Part shown: positions 1 to 9,985 of the stretch, piece after piece
How positions within the stretch are numbered: the first letter of the stretch is position 1
How the letters are laid out: each line of letters opens with the position of its first letter
NCBI GenBank assembly: GCA_963932515.1
Contig: CAWVRT010000004.1
Location: 10,925-74,924 of the forward strand
Direction of reading: 5' to 3'
Source of the DNA: an uncultured Chitinophagales bacterium
GTDB taxonomy: Bacteria; Bacteroidota; Bacteroidia; Chitinophagales; UBA8649
Length of the DNA: 64,000 nucleotides
Notes under the pieces: generated by a model
Database searches by the model: none
The model's input: the letters and a program-made list of their open reading frames with translations, nothing else
What the model was told of the DNA's origin: nothing
Position numbers and translations under genes: made by a program

Positions 1-1154
1 CTATTTGCACCATGCAAACCAGTTCTTGAGGATTCCCCACAAGCATATAAATTAGTAATTGAACTATTTCCAAATTCATCGACTACTATACCACCACAAG
101 TATAATGAGCAGCTGGCACTACCGGAATCCAATCTTTTTTTATATCAATTCCAATACTTTTACATTTCTTATAAATATTTGGGAAATGGTCTACAAAAAC
201 TTCTAAATCTAAATGAGAACAATCTAAATATACATGTTTCTCACCAGATTTATTTAATTCATCATCGATTGCTTTTGATACGATATCTCTAGAAGCTAAT
301 TCTCCTCTTTTGTCATAGTTAAAAACAAATCTATTTCCTTTACTATTTTTTATATACGCACCGAAACCTCTTACCGCTTCAGAAATTAAATAAGACGGAC
401 TAACATCTACTTGATATAATGATGTTGGGTGAAACTGTACAAATTCCATATCTTCTACTAAAGCTTTTGCTCTATAAGCCATCGCAATTCCATCTCCAGT
501 AGCAATTATTGGATTGGTTGTATGGTCATAAGTTTGTCCTGCACCACCACTGGCCAACATAGTTACTTTTGCAAGTACTCTTATCGTTTTACCCGTATCT
601 GTATTTAAAACATAAGCTCCGTAACAAGTATTTTTTCCGCCTAAAGTTATTTTTTTACCTAAATGATGATCTGTAATTAAATCTACGACAAATACATTTT
701 CTCTAGTGGTAATATTTTGTAAGGATTTTGCTTTTTTTATTAAAGCCCGTTCAATCTCTAAACCAGTAATATCTTTATGGTGTAAAATTCTATGTGCAGA
801 ATGCCCGCCTTCTTTGGCCAGGTCATATTCACCATTATCCATTTTATCGAATTGAGTACCTAAATCTATCAATTCTTGCAAACGAGCAGGTGCTTCTTTG
901 ACTACAATTTCTACTATTTTCCTATTACTCAAACCATCTCCTGCAACAACAGTGTCTTCTATATGGCTTTCAAAAGAATCGTTATTGCTTAAAACGGTAG
1001 CTATACCGCCTTGTGCATATTTTGTATTGGTTTCTTGCAGTTCTGCTTTAGTTAAAAGGTAAATACTTCTTTCTGGAAATTTTTCAGCAGTCTTTATAGC
1101 AAAACTCAATCCTGCTATTCCAGATCCGATAACTAGAACATCTGTTTTAATCAT
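1..1154 (-). CDS. nadB: L-aspartate oxidase, N-terminal ~384 codons (3' end runs off the window)
   Basis: Absent from the ORF track because no stop lies in the window. My translation of the minus strand from ATG 1154-1152 gives MIKTDVLVIGSGIAGLSFAIKTAEKFPERSIYLLTKAELQETNTKYAQGGIATVLSNNDSFESHIEDTVVAGDGLSN. This shows the FAD GxGxxG fold plus the YAQGGIA and AGDGL regions typical of NadB. It starts 6 nt downstream of nadA on the same strand. Confidence 0.85.
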   Translation of the reverse strand, partial: MIKTDVLVIGSGIAGLSFAIKTAEKFPERSIYLLTKAELQETNTKYAQGGIATVLSNNDSFESHIEDTVVAGDGLSNRKIVEIVVKEAPARLQELIDLGTQFDKMDNGEYDLAKEGGHSAHRILHHKDITGLEIERALIKKAKSLQNITTRENVFVVDLITDHHLGKKITLGGKNTCYGAYVLNTDTGKTIRVLAKVTMLASGGAGQTYDHTTNPIIATGDGIAMAYRAKALVEDMEFVQFHPTSLYQVDVSPSYLISEAVRGFGAYIKNSKGNRFVFNYDKRGELASRDIVSKAIDDELNKSGEKHVYLDCSHLDLEVFVDHFPNIYKKCKSIGIDIKKDWIPVVPAAHYTCGGIVVDEFGNSSITNLYACGESSRTGLHGAN

Positions 1155-1160
1155 GATTTT

Positions 1161-2150
1161 CTATTTAGAAATTTCTAACATTCTAGTTATTGGTAATAAA
1201 GCTCTTTCAGCAATACTTTCGTCTACTTCTACTTCTGGCGATTCATATTTTAAACAATTATACAATTTCTCCATTGTATTTAATTTCATGTATGGGCATT
1301 CTGAACAAGCACATGATACATTATTGTAAATAGGCGCGGCAATTAATTCTTTTCCTGGCGCTTCCTTTTTCATTTTGTGTAAAATACCTGCTTCTGTTGC
1401 TACAATAAATTTTTTGGCAGCACTTTCTTTTACATACTTTATTAAACCAGCAGTAGAACCAATATAGTCTGCTTTATCTAAAATTTGCATTTCAGATTCT
1501 GGATGAGCAATAAATTTTGCTTCTGGATGTTCTCTTTGTAACGCTTCAATTTTTTCTTTCGAAAATACTTCATGAACTATACAAGCACCATCCCAAAGCA
1601 GCATGTCTCTACCTGTTTTCTTTTGAATATATGCGCCTAAGTTTTTATCTGGTGCAAAAATAATTGACGTATCTTTAGGAATAGAATTTACAATTTTTTC
1701 AGCATTTGAAGAAGTACAAACGATATCGCTTAATGCTTTAATTTCTGCAGTACAGTTTATATAAGTTATAACCGTATGATTTGGATGAGCTTCTCTAAAA
1801 GGTTTAAACTCTTCTGTTGGAATAGATTCTGCCAATGAGCAACCTGCATTTAAATCTGGTAATAATACTTTTTTGTTTGGATTCAATATTTTAGCTGTTT
1901 CTGCCATAAAGTGTACTCCAGCAAAAATAATTATTTCTGCTTCTGTGCTAGCTGCAACTTGAGACAAGCCTAAACTATCACCAACATAATCTGCAATATC
2001 TTGAATGGCTTCATCTTGATAATAATGAGCTAAAATAATTGCATTTTTTTCTTTTTTTAATTTATTAATCTCTTTAACTAAATCAATATTGTCAGGAACT
2101 TTAACATCTAAAAATCCTATTTTTTTTAAATTCTGCTTTGCTACTTCCAT
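1161..2150 (-). CDS. nadA: quinolinate synthase
   Basis: 329-aa ORF with NadA-like regions [21 protein letters not shown] and cluster cysteines ([19 protein letters not shown]). Directly upstream of nadB. Confidence 0.93.
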   Translation of the reverse strand: MEVAKQNLKKIGFLDVKVPDNIDLVKEINKLKKEKNAIILAHYYQDEAIQDIADYVGDSLGLSQVAASTEAEIIIFAGVHFMAETAKILNPNKKVLLPDLNAGCSLAESIPTEEFKPFREAHPNHTVITYINCTAEIKALSDIVCTSSNAEKIVNSIPKDTSIIFAPDKNLGAYIQKKTGRDMLLWDGACIVHEVFSKEKIEALQREHPEAKFIAHPESEMQILDKADYIGSTAGLIKYVKESAAKKFIVATEAGILHKMKKEAPGKELIAAPIYNNVSCACSECPYMKLNTMEKLYNCLKYESPEVEVDESIAERALLPITRMLEISK

Positions 2151-2178
2151 TTGTGATTTTATTACGCTTTTTAAACAA

Positions 2179-2186
2179 CAAATTTA
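2179..2186 (-). promoter_or_regulatory. candidate Bacteroidota -7 promoter box for nadA-nadB
   Basis: The minus strand reads TAAATTTG, a perfect TAnnTTTG, 28 nt upstream of the nadA ATG. Confidence 0.45.
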
Positions 2187-2233
2187 GTCAATTCATTGTT
2201 GAAACTATGTTATTTACGTCTTTAAAACTAGTC

Positions 2234-2803
2234 TTATCTAATTACTAACATTCCTTCTTTCAATTTTTTATCAGCAGGTTTTTCTCCTAACCAAATACCA
2301 AAAAGTGCTTTTTTAAATTCAAAACCAGCTATTGTTGTTAAAAGCTTACCATTTTTCTTTACCAAAACACCCATTTTAGCTTTATAAGAAATATCAAATT
2401 TATTTCCAACAACTATCTCTTCTTTAAAAGCGGCTAGAAATGTTTTTATTTCCTCCTTAATTATTTCTGTTTGCCCGTTGGTAGATTTGTTAAAACCTTC
2501 CATAATTGCTTCTGTTAAATTCTTGCTAGAAATCATTTTGGAAGTTATTTCTAAATGAATAGACATACTTTCATCTTTAGCAATAATTGCATTAGCATCT
2601 GAAGAAGCTGTTTTTAAATACAAACCACCTACGTATAAATTGAACCATAACTTTTCTCTAAGCCCACCACCGTTTAAATTTAAAGTTTCCCCTTCAACGG
2701 TAACAGTAGCTGGTAAAGTAACGCCCTCTATGGTTTGTTGTGCCGAAACACTTGTAATAATCATACAAATCAACGCAATAATAATTCCTTTCATAAGTTT
2801 CAT
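2234..2803 (-). CDS. chalcone-isomerase-like family protein, secreted
   Basis: 189 aa with a signal peptide (MKLMKGIIIALICMIITSVSAQ). The LNLNGGGLREKLWFNLYVGGLYL block is typical of the bacterial chalcone isomerase-like family. Confidence 0.65.
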   Translation of the reverse strand: MKLMKGIIIALICMIITSVSAQQTIEGVTLPATVTVEGETLNLNGGGLREKLWFNLYVGGLYLKTASSDANAIIAKDESMSIHLEITSKMISSKNLTEAIMEGFNKSTNGQTEIIKEEIKTFLAAFKEEIVVGNKFDISYKAKMGVLVKKNGKLLTTIAGFEFKKALFGIWLGEKPADKKLKEGMLVIR

Positions 2804-2992
2804 CTTAAATGTTTTTAGTTTACAGTAAGCTAATTTACAAAAACTATACTAAACTTAACTATAATACGACAAAACAAAGAAACACTTTAGGAAATAAATT
2901 CTAATGTGTTCTTTTGATAAAAATGACCTCCTTTAATAATTGATAATATAAAGTATTTGACTAAGTACAATATAAAACAAATTGATATTATC

Positions 2993-3000
2993 TATATTTG
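2993..3000 (+). promoter_or_regulatory. candidate -7 promoter box for the oxyR-like gene
   Basis: TATATTTG is a perfect TAnnTTTG, 16 nt upstream of ATG 3017. It lies inside the ORF-track extension that begins at TTG 2957, which argues against that start. Confidence 0.5.
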
Positions 3001-3016
3001 CATAAATTTTATCTAT

Positions 3017-3946
3017 ATGACACTTGTACAAATGGAGTATGTTATTGCTCTCGACACCCACAGACACTTTGTTAAAGCCTCAAAAAGTTGTTTTGTAACG
3101 CAGCCAACATTAACGATGCAGGTAAAGAAGCTAGAGGGCGAAATAGGTACATTGTTGTTTGACAGGGGTAAGAAACCACTCGAACCAACACAAATTGGGA
3201 AACAATTTATAGAAAAAGCCAGAGAAATATTAAGAGAGGTAATCCAAATGGAAGGAATTGTTTCTGAAGAGCGATTTTCTATTGAAGGAACTTTTACTAT
3301 TGGTATCATACCTACATTAGCCCCCTATTTATTGCCTTTATTTTTACCTAAATTTGTTCAAAAAAATCCTAAAACCAAGCTAATTATTCAAGAATTGGAA
3401 TCCTTAGAAATGATTAAAAGAATGAAAGAGGAAACTGTTGATGTAGGAATAATTGTTACGCCTTTATTAGAAAAAGCTATTCGAGAAATTCCATTGTTTT
3501 ACGAACCTTTTTTGGCTTATTTGCCTGAGGGACATTCTTTACTGAATAAAGATAAAATTACTGCCAATGAGTTAAATGATGAAAATGCCCTTATTCTTTC
3601 AGAAGGCCATTGTTTTAGAAATCAAAGCCTTAAAATTTGTAATCAAAACTTAAAAGAAAATACGCTTGGGTTTGAATATCAGAGTGGCAGTATTGAAACT
3701 TTAAAAAGAATGGTAGAAAATGGACTAGGCTATACTTTAGTACCAGAATTATCTGTTTTAAAAGATGAAAAAAATCCAAACATAAAAAGGTTTCAAGCAA
3801 TGGAGCCTGTACGGGAAGTAAGTATAGCTTGCCTTAAGAGTTTTGCAAAAGAACACTTAATCGAAATTTTAAGAGAAGCTATGTTAGATGAAATTCCTAA
3901 AAAATTTACTAAAAAAGAGGATAATATACGAGTAAGATGGAGATAA
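3017..3946 (+). CDS. oxyR: LysR-family transcriptional regulator, OxyR-like
   Basis: N-terminal LysR HTH (MEYVIALDTHRHFVKASKSCFVTQPTLTMQVKKLEGEIG). EGHCFRNQSLKIC has two Cys 9 residues apart, like the E. coli OxyR C199/C208 redox pair. The start is moved to ATG 3017 because of the promoter box. Confidence 0.75.
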   Translation: MTLVQMEYVIALDTHRHFVKASKSCFVTQPTLTMQVKKLEGEIGTLLFDRGKKPLEPTQIGKQFIEKAREILREVIQMEGIVSEERFSIEGTFTIGIIPTLAPYLLPLFLPKFVQKNPKTKLIIQELESLEMIKRMKEETVDVGIIVTPLLEKAIREIPLFYEPFLAYLPEGHSLLNKDKITANELNDENALILSEGHCFRNQSLKICNQNLKENTLGFEYQSGSIETLKRMVENGLGYTLVPELSVLKDEKNPNIKRFQAMEPVREVSIACLKSFAKEHLIEILREAMLDEIPKKFTKKEDNIRVRWR

Positions 3947-3968
3947 TATTCTAATGTACCCCCATTAA

Positions 3969-5120
3969 TTAAATCGTTCCCAAACGCCCATAAGCTCTCA
4001 TCCACTTATCTGGTAATTCATCTTCCAGTGCCGTTTGATAATCTGAATAACTACAAGGTAAACATTTTACTTCGCCATCCATTTGTGGAATTTCCATCCA
4101 CCAACGGTTGCTAAAAATACTTTTCCAAAATGTTATCTCATTGTCTGCACTTTCAAGCCTTACAATGTATTGCATAAAGTTTTTATCTTCCGCAGATGGA
4201 TAGTCTGCTTTCCTTCCAGAAAACCCTTCAATAAAATACCATAAAATTTGACTCGCTTGTTTTGCTCCTTGCTTATTACTATCGAAATGAGGGTTTAATT
4301 CATATAAGCCAAAAGAGCTTAATTTATTACTAAACCCTGCAAAACGAGAAATTTGACAAGCTTCTTCCCCTGTAAAACCGTTTGGAGAAGTAATCGCATT
4401 TGCAGGACACTCAGAACTTCTAATGGCAGATAAGTCTAGGCTTAAAATATCTGCATCTCTTAAATATGGTTCTACTTCTATGATACTTTTCCTTACCTCT
4501 CCCAATCTTAAAGCTTGATGATGTAAAGATTCTAAAATATCGATAGACTTTGGACTATTGTAAAATATCTGATGTCCTAAATGAGTGCATTTATTTAAGA
4601 ACATTGGGTCCTGGTTTATCACATGCCACAAAAAAGAAGAAGAATCAATGACTGGTGATTCTAAAATATCTATTTTTTCATCTACAACTACTATATCAAC
4701 TGGATTTAATCTATTTTCATAAGCCATAAACTGCCCATACGTCAAATCATGACCTCCTCCAATTACGATTACCACAATATTTTGCTCGAACAAATATTTT
4801 AAAGTTTCTTTCAGTGCTATTTGAGAATCTTTGACAGTTTGTCCATTTTTAATATCTCCCAAATCAATGATAGCAGGCATGTCAAAATGAGTATATAATT
4901 GATATAACTCTGATCGGATATGGTTAACCCCCTTTCCACAACCACTATTATCGGTAGAGGATCTATCTTCTTCAATACCAACGATAGCTAATGTAAATTC
5001 TTCTATATCGAAACCGTTACCATCGTTAAATGAAACTTGTTTTCCTAATTGAAAACTAGTCCATTTTTTATTGGGATTTTGAATATCTTCTAAGGCAATA
5101 GGTTGTAAAAAGTCAAGCAT
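3969..5120 (-). CDS. arginase/formimidoylglutamase (ureohydrolase) family protein
   Basis: 383 aa with metal-binding style blocks VVIVIGGGHDLTYG and DADILSLDLSAIRSS, typical of the arginase fold. Confidence 0.7.
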   Translation of the reverse strand: MLDFLQPIALEDIQNPNKKWTSFQLGKQVSFNDGNGFDIEEFTLAIVGIEEDRSSTDNSGCGKGVNHIRSELYQLYTHFDMPAIIDLGDIKNGQTVKDSQIALKETLKYLFEQNIVVIVIGGGHDLTYGQFMAYENRLNPVDIVVVDEKIDILESPVIDSSSFLWHVINQDPMFLNKCTHLGHQIFYNSPKSIDILESLHHQALRLGEVRKSIIEVEPYLRDADILSLDLSAIRSSECPANAITSPNGFTGEEACQISRFAGFSNKLSSFGLYELNPHFDSNKQGAKQASQILWYFIEGFSGRKADYPSAEDKNFMQYIVRLESADNEITFWKSIFSNRWWMEIPQMDGEVKCLPCSYSDYQTALEDELPDKWMRAYGRLGTI

Positions 5121-5284
5121 TCTATTTTATTTAAGACTTGAAAGTACTCAATAGAAAATTTTTAAGCCGAAATAATAGAATTGGTTTCTAAATAACACAA
5201 GTTTATAGTCCCTTTTTTAAGACATCTTAAAAGTAAAAAATAGCTATTTTTAGCTGAACATTTTTGTTTAAGAACCAGCTAAAA

Positions 5285-5326
5285 AATTAATTTTAAAGAC
5301 TTACCTTTACGTCTTTAAAATTAATT
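5285..5326. promoter_or_regulatory. perfect 16-bp inverted repeat with 10-nt spacer, upstream of the dehydrogenase gene
   Basis: aattaattttaaagac (5285-5300) and gtctttaaaattaatt (5311-5326) are exact reverse complements. The repeat ends 34 nt before ATG 5361, in the divergent region between the arginase-like and dehydrogenase genes. Confidence 0.4.
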
Positions 5327-5360
5327 AAGATCCATACCAACCAGAATTAAAACTTTTAAA

Positions 5361-6593
5361 ATGAGAGATTTACTAAACAAATACAAAGAGAAAAAACCAT
5401 TAGTTATTTTTGAATGGAATGATTCAGAAACAGAAGCACAAGGATGGGTAGTTATAAATTCATTAAGAGGGGGTGCAGCTGGTGGTGGAACTAGAATGAG
5501 AAAAGGTTTGAATATGGAAGAAGTTAGATCTTTAGCAAAGGTTATGGAAATTAAATTTTCTGTTTCTGGTCCTGCAATAGGGGGTGCTAAATCTGGAATT
5601 AACTTTGACCCAAGCGACCCAAGAAAAGATGAAGTATTACAAAGATGGTATAATGCGGTAATTCCTTTATTAAAAAACTACTACGGTACTGGTGGAGATA
5701 TGAATATTGATGAAGTAAAAGATGTAATTCCTATGACAGAAAACTTAGGTTTATGGCATCCACAAGAAGGAATTGTGAATGGTCACTTCAATCCTTCTTC
5801 TGCTCAAAAAATTCATAAAATTGGTCAATTGAGAACTGGCGTTTCTAAAAAAATTGAAGATGCTCGTTTTACACCTGATTTAGCTAATGACTATTTAGTA
5901 GCCGATTTAATTACTGGCTGGGGCGTAGCAAAATCTGTAGAACATTTTTATTCTATTTGGAAAAACACTGACCTAAAAGGTAAAAAAATGATTATTCAAG
6001 GTTGGGGAAATGTTGCCGCAACTTGTGCCTATTATTTAGCTAAATCTGGCGCAATATTAGTAGGTATTATAGACCAAGAAGGTGGTGTTATTAATCGAGA
6101 TGGTTATTCTTTAGCCGAAGTAGAAAAATTATTAGCAGATAGAAATGTAAATAAATTAGTTTCAAAAGATATGATGTCTTTTGAGGAAGTCAATGCTAAA
6201 ATTTGGGATATAGAATCTGATATTTTTATTCCGGCTGCTGCTTCTAAATTAGTAAGTCAAGACCAAATTGCTAGATTGATAAGTAAAGGTTGTGAAATGG
6301 TGTCTGCAGGAGCAAACGTTCCTTTTCAAGGAGATGATGTTTTCTTTGGAGATACAGCAGATTTTGCTGATCAACAATTAGCTTATGTTCCTGATTTTAT
6401 TGCTAACTGTGGTATGGCTAGAACATTTGCTTACCTCATGGGCGAAAATGTAGAAATTACTGATGAAGCTATTTTTAACGACACGTCTAATAGAATAAAA
6501 GATGCATTAGAGAATGTTTACAAAAAAGAAACTTCTGATAAGAACATAGCAAAAACTGCACTTTCTATTGCCTTAACTAAACTAGCATCGTAA
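5361..6593 (+). CDS. Glu/Leu/Phe/Val dehydrogenase family protein
   Basis: 410 aa. GGAAGGGTRMRKGL and the catalytic-Lys block GPAIGGAKSGI, followed by a Rossmann region IIQGWGNVAA. Confidence 0.85.
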   Translation: MRDLLNKYKEKKPLVIFEWNDSETEAQGWVVINSLRGGAAGGGTRMRKGLNMEEVRSLAKVMEIKFSVSGPAIGGAKSGINFDPSDPRKDEVLQRWYNAVIPLLKNYYGTGGDMNIDEVKDVIPMTENLGLWHPQEGIVNGHFNPSSAQKIHKIGQLRTGVSKKIEDARFTPDLANDYLVADLITGWGVAKSVEHFYSIWKNTDLKGKKMIIQGWGNVAATCAYYLAKSGAILVGIIDQEGGVINRDGYSLAEVEKLLADRNVNKLVSKDMMSFEEVNAKIWDIESDIFIPAAASKLVSQDQIARLISKGCEMVSAGANVPFQGDDVFFGDTADFADQQLAYVPDFIANCGMARTFAYLMGENVEITDEAIFNDTSNRIKDALENVYKKETSDKNIAKTALSIALTKLAS

Positions 6594-6613
6594 CTAAAAG
6601 AGCACTTATTTAA

Positions 6614-8179
6614 ATGAAACATATTTTAACCATATTAATATTAGGATTGTTTTTCCCTTTTCCTAATCAAATATTAGCAGAAAACAGCCATGATTCGATT
6701 TCACAAACGACTCATCAAGCTTATACTGCCGCTCAAAATACAACGAATCAAGGAAATGTTAAATCTGCTGAAACTTTGGATTCAAATGACCAAGGCAATC
6801 ATGTAACTCATACTGAAGAAGTACATGAAGATGGCGCTCATGCTGTTCATGAAATGCCTGCAATGTGGTCGGTTATTCCTTTTATAGCTTTATTGTTAAT
6901 GATTGCTACTGGACCATTGTTTTACGCACATTTTTGGCATAAATACTATCCGCATATTGCCTTTGTACTAGGTGCTGTTGTTGTTGCTTATTACCAATTT
7001 GTACTACATTCATCAGGCCATATTGTTCATTCATTCTTTGAATATTTTGCGTTTATTTCTTTGTTAACAGGGCTATTTGTAGCTTCTGGTGGTATCTTAA
7101 TAAATATTGATAAAAAAGGTACGCCATTGACTAATGTTCTTTTATTAATCCTGGGAGCAGCTATTGCGAATGTAGTAGGAACAACTGGTGCGTCTATGTT
7201 ATTGATTAGACCGTTTATGCGTTTAAACAAAGGAAGAATTAAAGCATATCATGTTATCTTTTTCATTTTTATGGTAAGTAATGTTGGTGGTAGTTTAACC
7301 CCAATTGGTGACCCCCCATTATTTTTAGGATTCTTAAAAGGAGTTCCTTTTATGTGGACCTTTACACATGTATGGCCTTATTGGTTCTTTGGAATTGGTT
7401 TATTAGCAGGAATCTTTTTTGTTATAGATTCTAGAAATAAAGAATTAGTAGAAGGTGAATACACTGGTAAAGTAAAAATTACTGGTGCTAAAAATGCTAT
7501 CTTCTTAGCTATTATTATCGCTGCTGTATTTGTAGACCCAAATGTAATAGATATGCCAAGTTGGATGTATATTAGCTTTGATGATGGTACCCATGTTGCA
7601 AAACTATCATATATTAGAGAGGTTATTATGTTATTGACCGCATTGGCCGCATTTAAACTATCTAACAAAGAAGCTTTAAAGGGAAACGATTTTAACTTTG
7701 AACCTATTTTAGAAGTAGCCTTTTTGTTTGTAGGCATTTTTTTTACTATGATGCCCGCTTTACAACTTATAGGGTCTTTTGCTCAAACACAAGCAGGCCA
7801 AGATGTAATTACTAGTGATTCTTTATACTGGTTAACGGGTTCTCTTTCTGGAGTACTCGATAATGCGCCAACATATATGAATTTCTTTACCGCTGCATTG
7901 GGTAAAAGTGAAATGCTCGGTCAAGTAGATCAATTTGTAGCAACAACTTCAGATCCAAAATCTATTAATTATGGTTACTTATTAGCCATCTCAATTTCTT
8001 CTGTATTTTTTGGTGCTATGACATATATTGGCAACGCACCTAACTTTATGGTAAAAGCGATTGCCGAACAAAATGGCTTAGAAATGCCAGCTTTTGTTAC
8101 TTATATAGTTAAGTATTCATTACCAATTTTATTACCTGTGCTATTCTTAACTTGGTTGTTTATGAAATTTATGATGTAA
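6614..8179 (+). CDS. ArsB/NhaD-superfamily ion transporter (putative Na+/H+ antiporter)
   Basis: 521 aa and polytopic. It has a signal-like N-terminus, then a His-rich segment (HVTHTEEVHEDGAHAVHE), then about 10-12 hydrophobic helices. It resembles flavobacterial proteins annotated as sodium:proton antiporter. Confidence 0.6.
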   Translation: MKHILTILILGLFFPFPNQILAENSHDSISQTTHQAYTAAQNTTNQGNVKSAETLDSNDQGNHVTHTEEVHEDGAHAVHEMPAMWSVIPFIALLLMIATGPLFYAHFWHKYYPHIAFVLGAVVVAYYQFVLHSSGHIVHSFFEYFAFISLLTGLFVASGGILINIDKKGTPLTNVLLLILGAAIANVVGTTGASMLLIRPFMRLNKGRIKAYHVIFFIFMVSNVGGSLTPIGDPPLFLGFLKGVPFMWTFTHVWPYWFFGIGLLAGIFFVIDSRNKELVEGEYTGKVKITGAKNAIFLAIIIAAVFVDPNVIDMPSWMYISFDDGTHVAKLSYIREVIMLLTALAAFKLSNKEALKGNDFNFEPILEVAFLFVGIFFTMMPALQLIGSFAQTQAGQDVITSDSLYWLTGSLSGVLDNAPTYMNFFTAALGKSEMLGQVDQFVATTSDPKSINYGYLLAISISSVFFGAMTYIGNAPNFMVKAIAEQNGLEMPAFVTYIVKYSLPILLPVLFLTWLFMKFMM

Positions 8180-8203
8180 TTCTAAATACTACAAAATATA
8201 AAA

Positions 8204-8235
8204 AGCTTGTAAATTTATATTTACAGGCTTTTTTG
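8204..8235 (+). terminator. rho-independent terminator after the transporter gene
   Basis: Stem agcttgtaaat (8204-8214) pairs with atttacaggct (8219-8229), with one G-U pair and a 4-nt loop, followed by a T-run. Confidence 0.6.
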
Positions 8236-8310
8236 TTAATAATACCGACTTATATGGCAACTCAGAATCCTAATAAATAAGTTACAAACCTTAATCCGTA
8301 AATACATAAT

Positions 8311-9075
8311 CTAATAATTTAAAACATAATCATAAAGTAAATTATCATAAATGTTTATTTTTTTTATATATCGTTTCATGTCAGAAGAAATATCATTACG
8401 TTGATAGTGGACATCTATTTTTTTATTTAAAACATAGTCCTCCACTTTATCAAGGGGCAATTCTAATAAATTATATATATCTATCATTTTTTTTGTTTTA
8501 TGAATACCGACAATTAATTTTCTTTCATCAATTAATTTTTTAATCTTGTTAAGATCATTATTGGTTACCTTATAAGTAGAATTTATATCGTATCCGAGAA
8601 GAAATTTGGTTTGCATATCTGTAACTTGAGAGCAAAAATCTAAAAAACTCATTTTCATGATATGATTAAAATGATAATAAGCTGATATTACAGTGTTTGT
8701 AGGATTTCTTAGCAGAGTAAACATTTTCTTGTTTTCTTTGAAAATATTTAGCTCTGATATATTATTAGAAGGGTGATTGATTTTATGATATATAGCTACT
8801 TTTTTATTCATGTGTGGGTTATATATAACATTAAATTTAAAACTTACCCCTCCTGTTTTGGGGATGTGTATAAATAAATATTTTGGCTCAACCTTTTTGT
8901 TTTGCAAATATTTCATAAAAAATTTATGATGCCATTTTTCGCTACGCAAATATTTGATATCTAGTTTGTGACACCAATTATCTTGACACCTTTGTAACAA
9001 ATACTTATTAGAGGTTTCATTTACTCTTATAGGCTTATTACTATTTCCCCTGTACAATACAAAATCTATTTTCAT
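8311..9075 (-). CDS. sulfotransferase family protein (Sulfotransfer_2-like)
   Basis: 254 aa. IHIPKTGGVSF matches the 5'-PSB PAPS-binding loop (PKTGGT), and LLRNPTNTVISAYYHF matches the 3'-PB motif (RxPxxRxxSxY). The gene is visibly more AT-rich than its neighbours. Confidence 0.65.
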   Translation of the reverse strand: MKIDFVLYRGNSNKPIRVNETSNKYLLQRCQDNWCHKLDIKYLRSEKWHHKFFMKYLQNKKVEPKYLFIHIPKTGGVSFKFNVIYNPHMNKKVAIYHKINHPSNNISELNIFKENKKMFTLLRNPTNTVISAYYHFNHIMKMSFLDFCSQVTDMQTKFLLGYDINSTYKVTNNDLNKIKKLIDERKLIVGIHKTKKMIDIYNLLELPLDKVEDYVLNKKIDVHYQRNDISSDMKRYIKKINIYDNLLYDYVLNY

Positions 9076-9319
9076 ATATATATTTAATTCACCTATCTAA
9101 ATGCTCGGAGGTTCTCTAAAAATAAATTATTTTATTTATCATATAAAATTTATATTTTATATAGCGCCTTTCTTATGGTAAAGCGCCCCCCTTCAAAGAC
9201 ATATTCATATATGAAAGCGCATAACATTGCTAAAAAACATACGGATTACACTGCGTTTGATCCTGCTTGCTTAAGAACTAAAATATTTCCTAGCCTTGAT
9301 TGTAATTATTTAAGTAATA

Positions 9320-9967
9320 CTATTTCTTCTGACTCTTAAAATACACTCTCAATTTAGCCATATCTCTCATAAAATCACTACTAACTATTTCATATCTTTC
9401 TATTTGTCTTCCTGTTCTTTCTGCTAGGTCGCTCAAAAGATTTGCTTCATTTTCTGGCTTAATATTCTCTATTTTTTCATAGTAAATGGTTTGATACGTA
9501 TTATCGCCAATATTCCACTGCCTCTCTAACATGAAGATAATAAACATGATAAATGCATTGGTAAACAACAACTCAACATAACTTACCTTTTTAGTTGCCA
9601 TGGCATTTATAACAGCTAAAGCAATAACTATAAACATATAAGTAATCTCTTTTACGGGTATTTGAGTGGTTCTATACCTTAAAATAGAGAAGATCGCAAA
9701 TAAACCAAATGCAAATCCTACATCTAAATTCTTGTTCAAGAAAAGATTAATAATAAAAAAAATAATAGGACTCAGAACCATAAAAGTGAACAAGTACTCT
9801 CTATCTTTTCTAGTAGGCGAATAAATAAACCAAATAATTACGTAAGTAACAAATGTATTTAATCCTAAACGGACAACCAATTCCCAAAAATCGGGATCGT
9901 AAAATTTGATACCAAAAAATTTAAGGTTATCAATATCTAAAAGCATTAAATTATTTAATAATTCCAT
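9320..9967 (-). CDS. DUF4956-like membrane protein
   Basis: 215 aa with about 4 N-terminal TM helices and a soluble C-terminal tail. It sits 18 nt downstream of a VTC-domain gene, the usual partner of DUF4956. Confidence 0.6.
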   Translation of the reverse strand: MELLNNLMLLDIDNLKFFGIKFYDPDFWELVVRLGLNTFVTYVIIWFIYSPTRKDREYLFTFMVLSPIIFFIINLFLNKNLDVGFAFGLFAIFSILRYRTTQIPVKEITYMFIVIALAVINAMATKKVSYVELLFTNAFIMFIIFMLERQWNIGDNTYQTIYYEKIENIKPENEANLLSDLAERTGRQIERYEIVSSDFMRDMAKLRVYFKSQKK

Positions 9968-9985
9968 ATAGCTACTGTTTTTGTT

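Noticed and set aside
59-292. 77-aa plus-strand ORF at the left edge.
   Set aside because: It lies antisense inside the nadB coding region, which translates cleanly on the minus strand.
2957-3016. Upstream-extended ORF-track starts: TTG 2957 (oxyR-like), 36069 (panC), 49632 (arsC), TTG 55884 (nfu-like) and TTG 62367 (TBDR).
   Set aside because: The extensions run through a promoter box or into the neighbouring gene and add non-homologous residues. Internal ATG codons give N-termini typical of the families.
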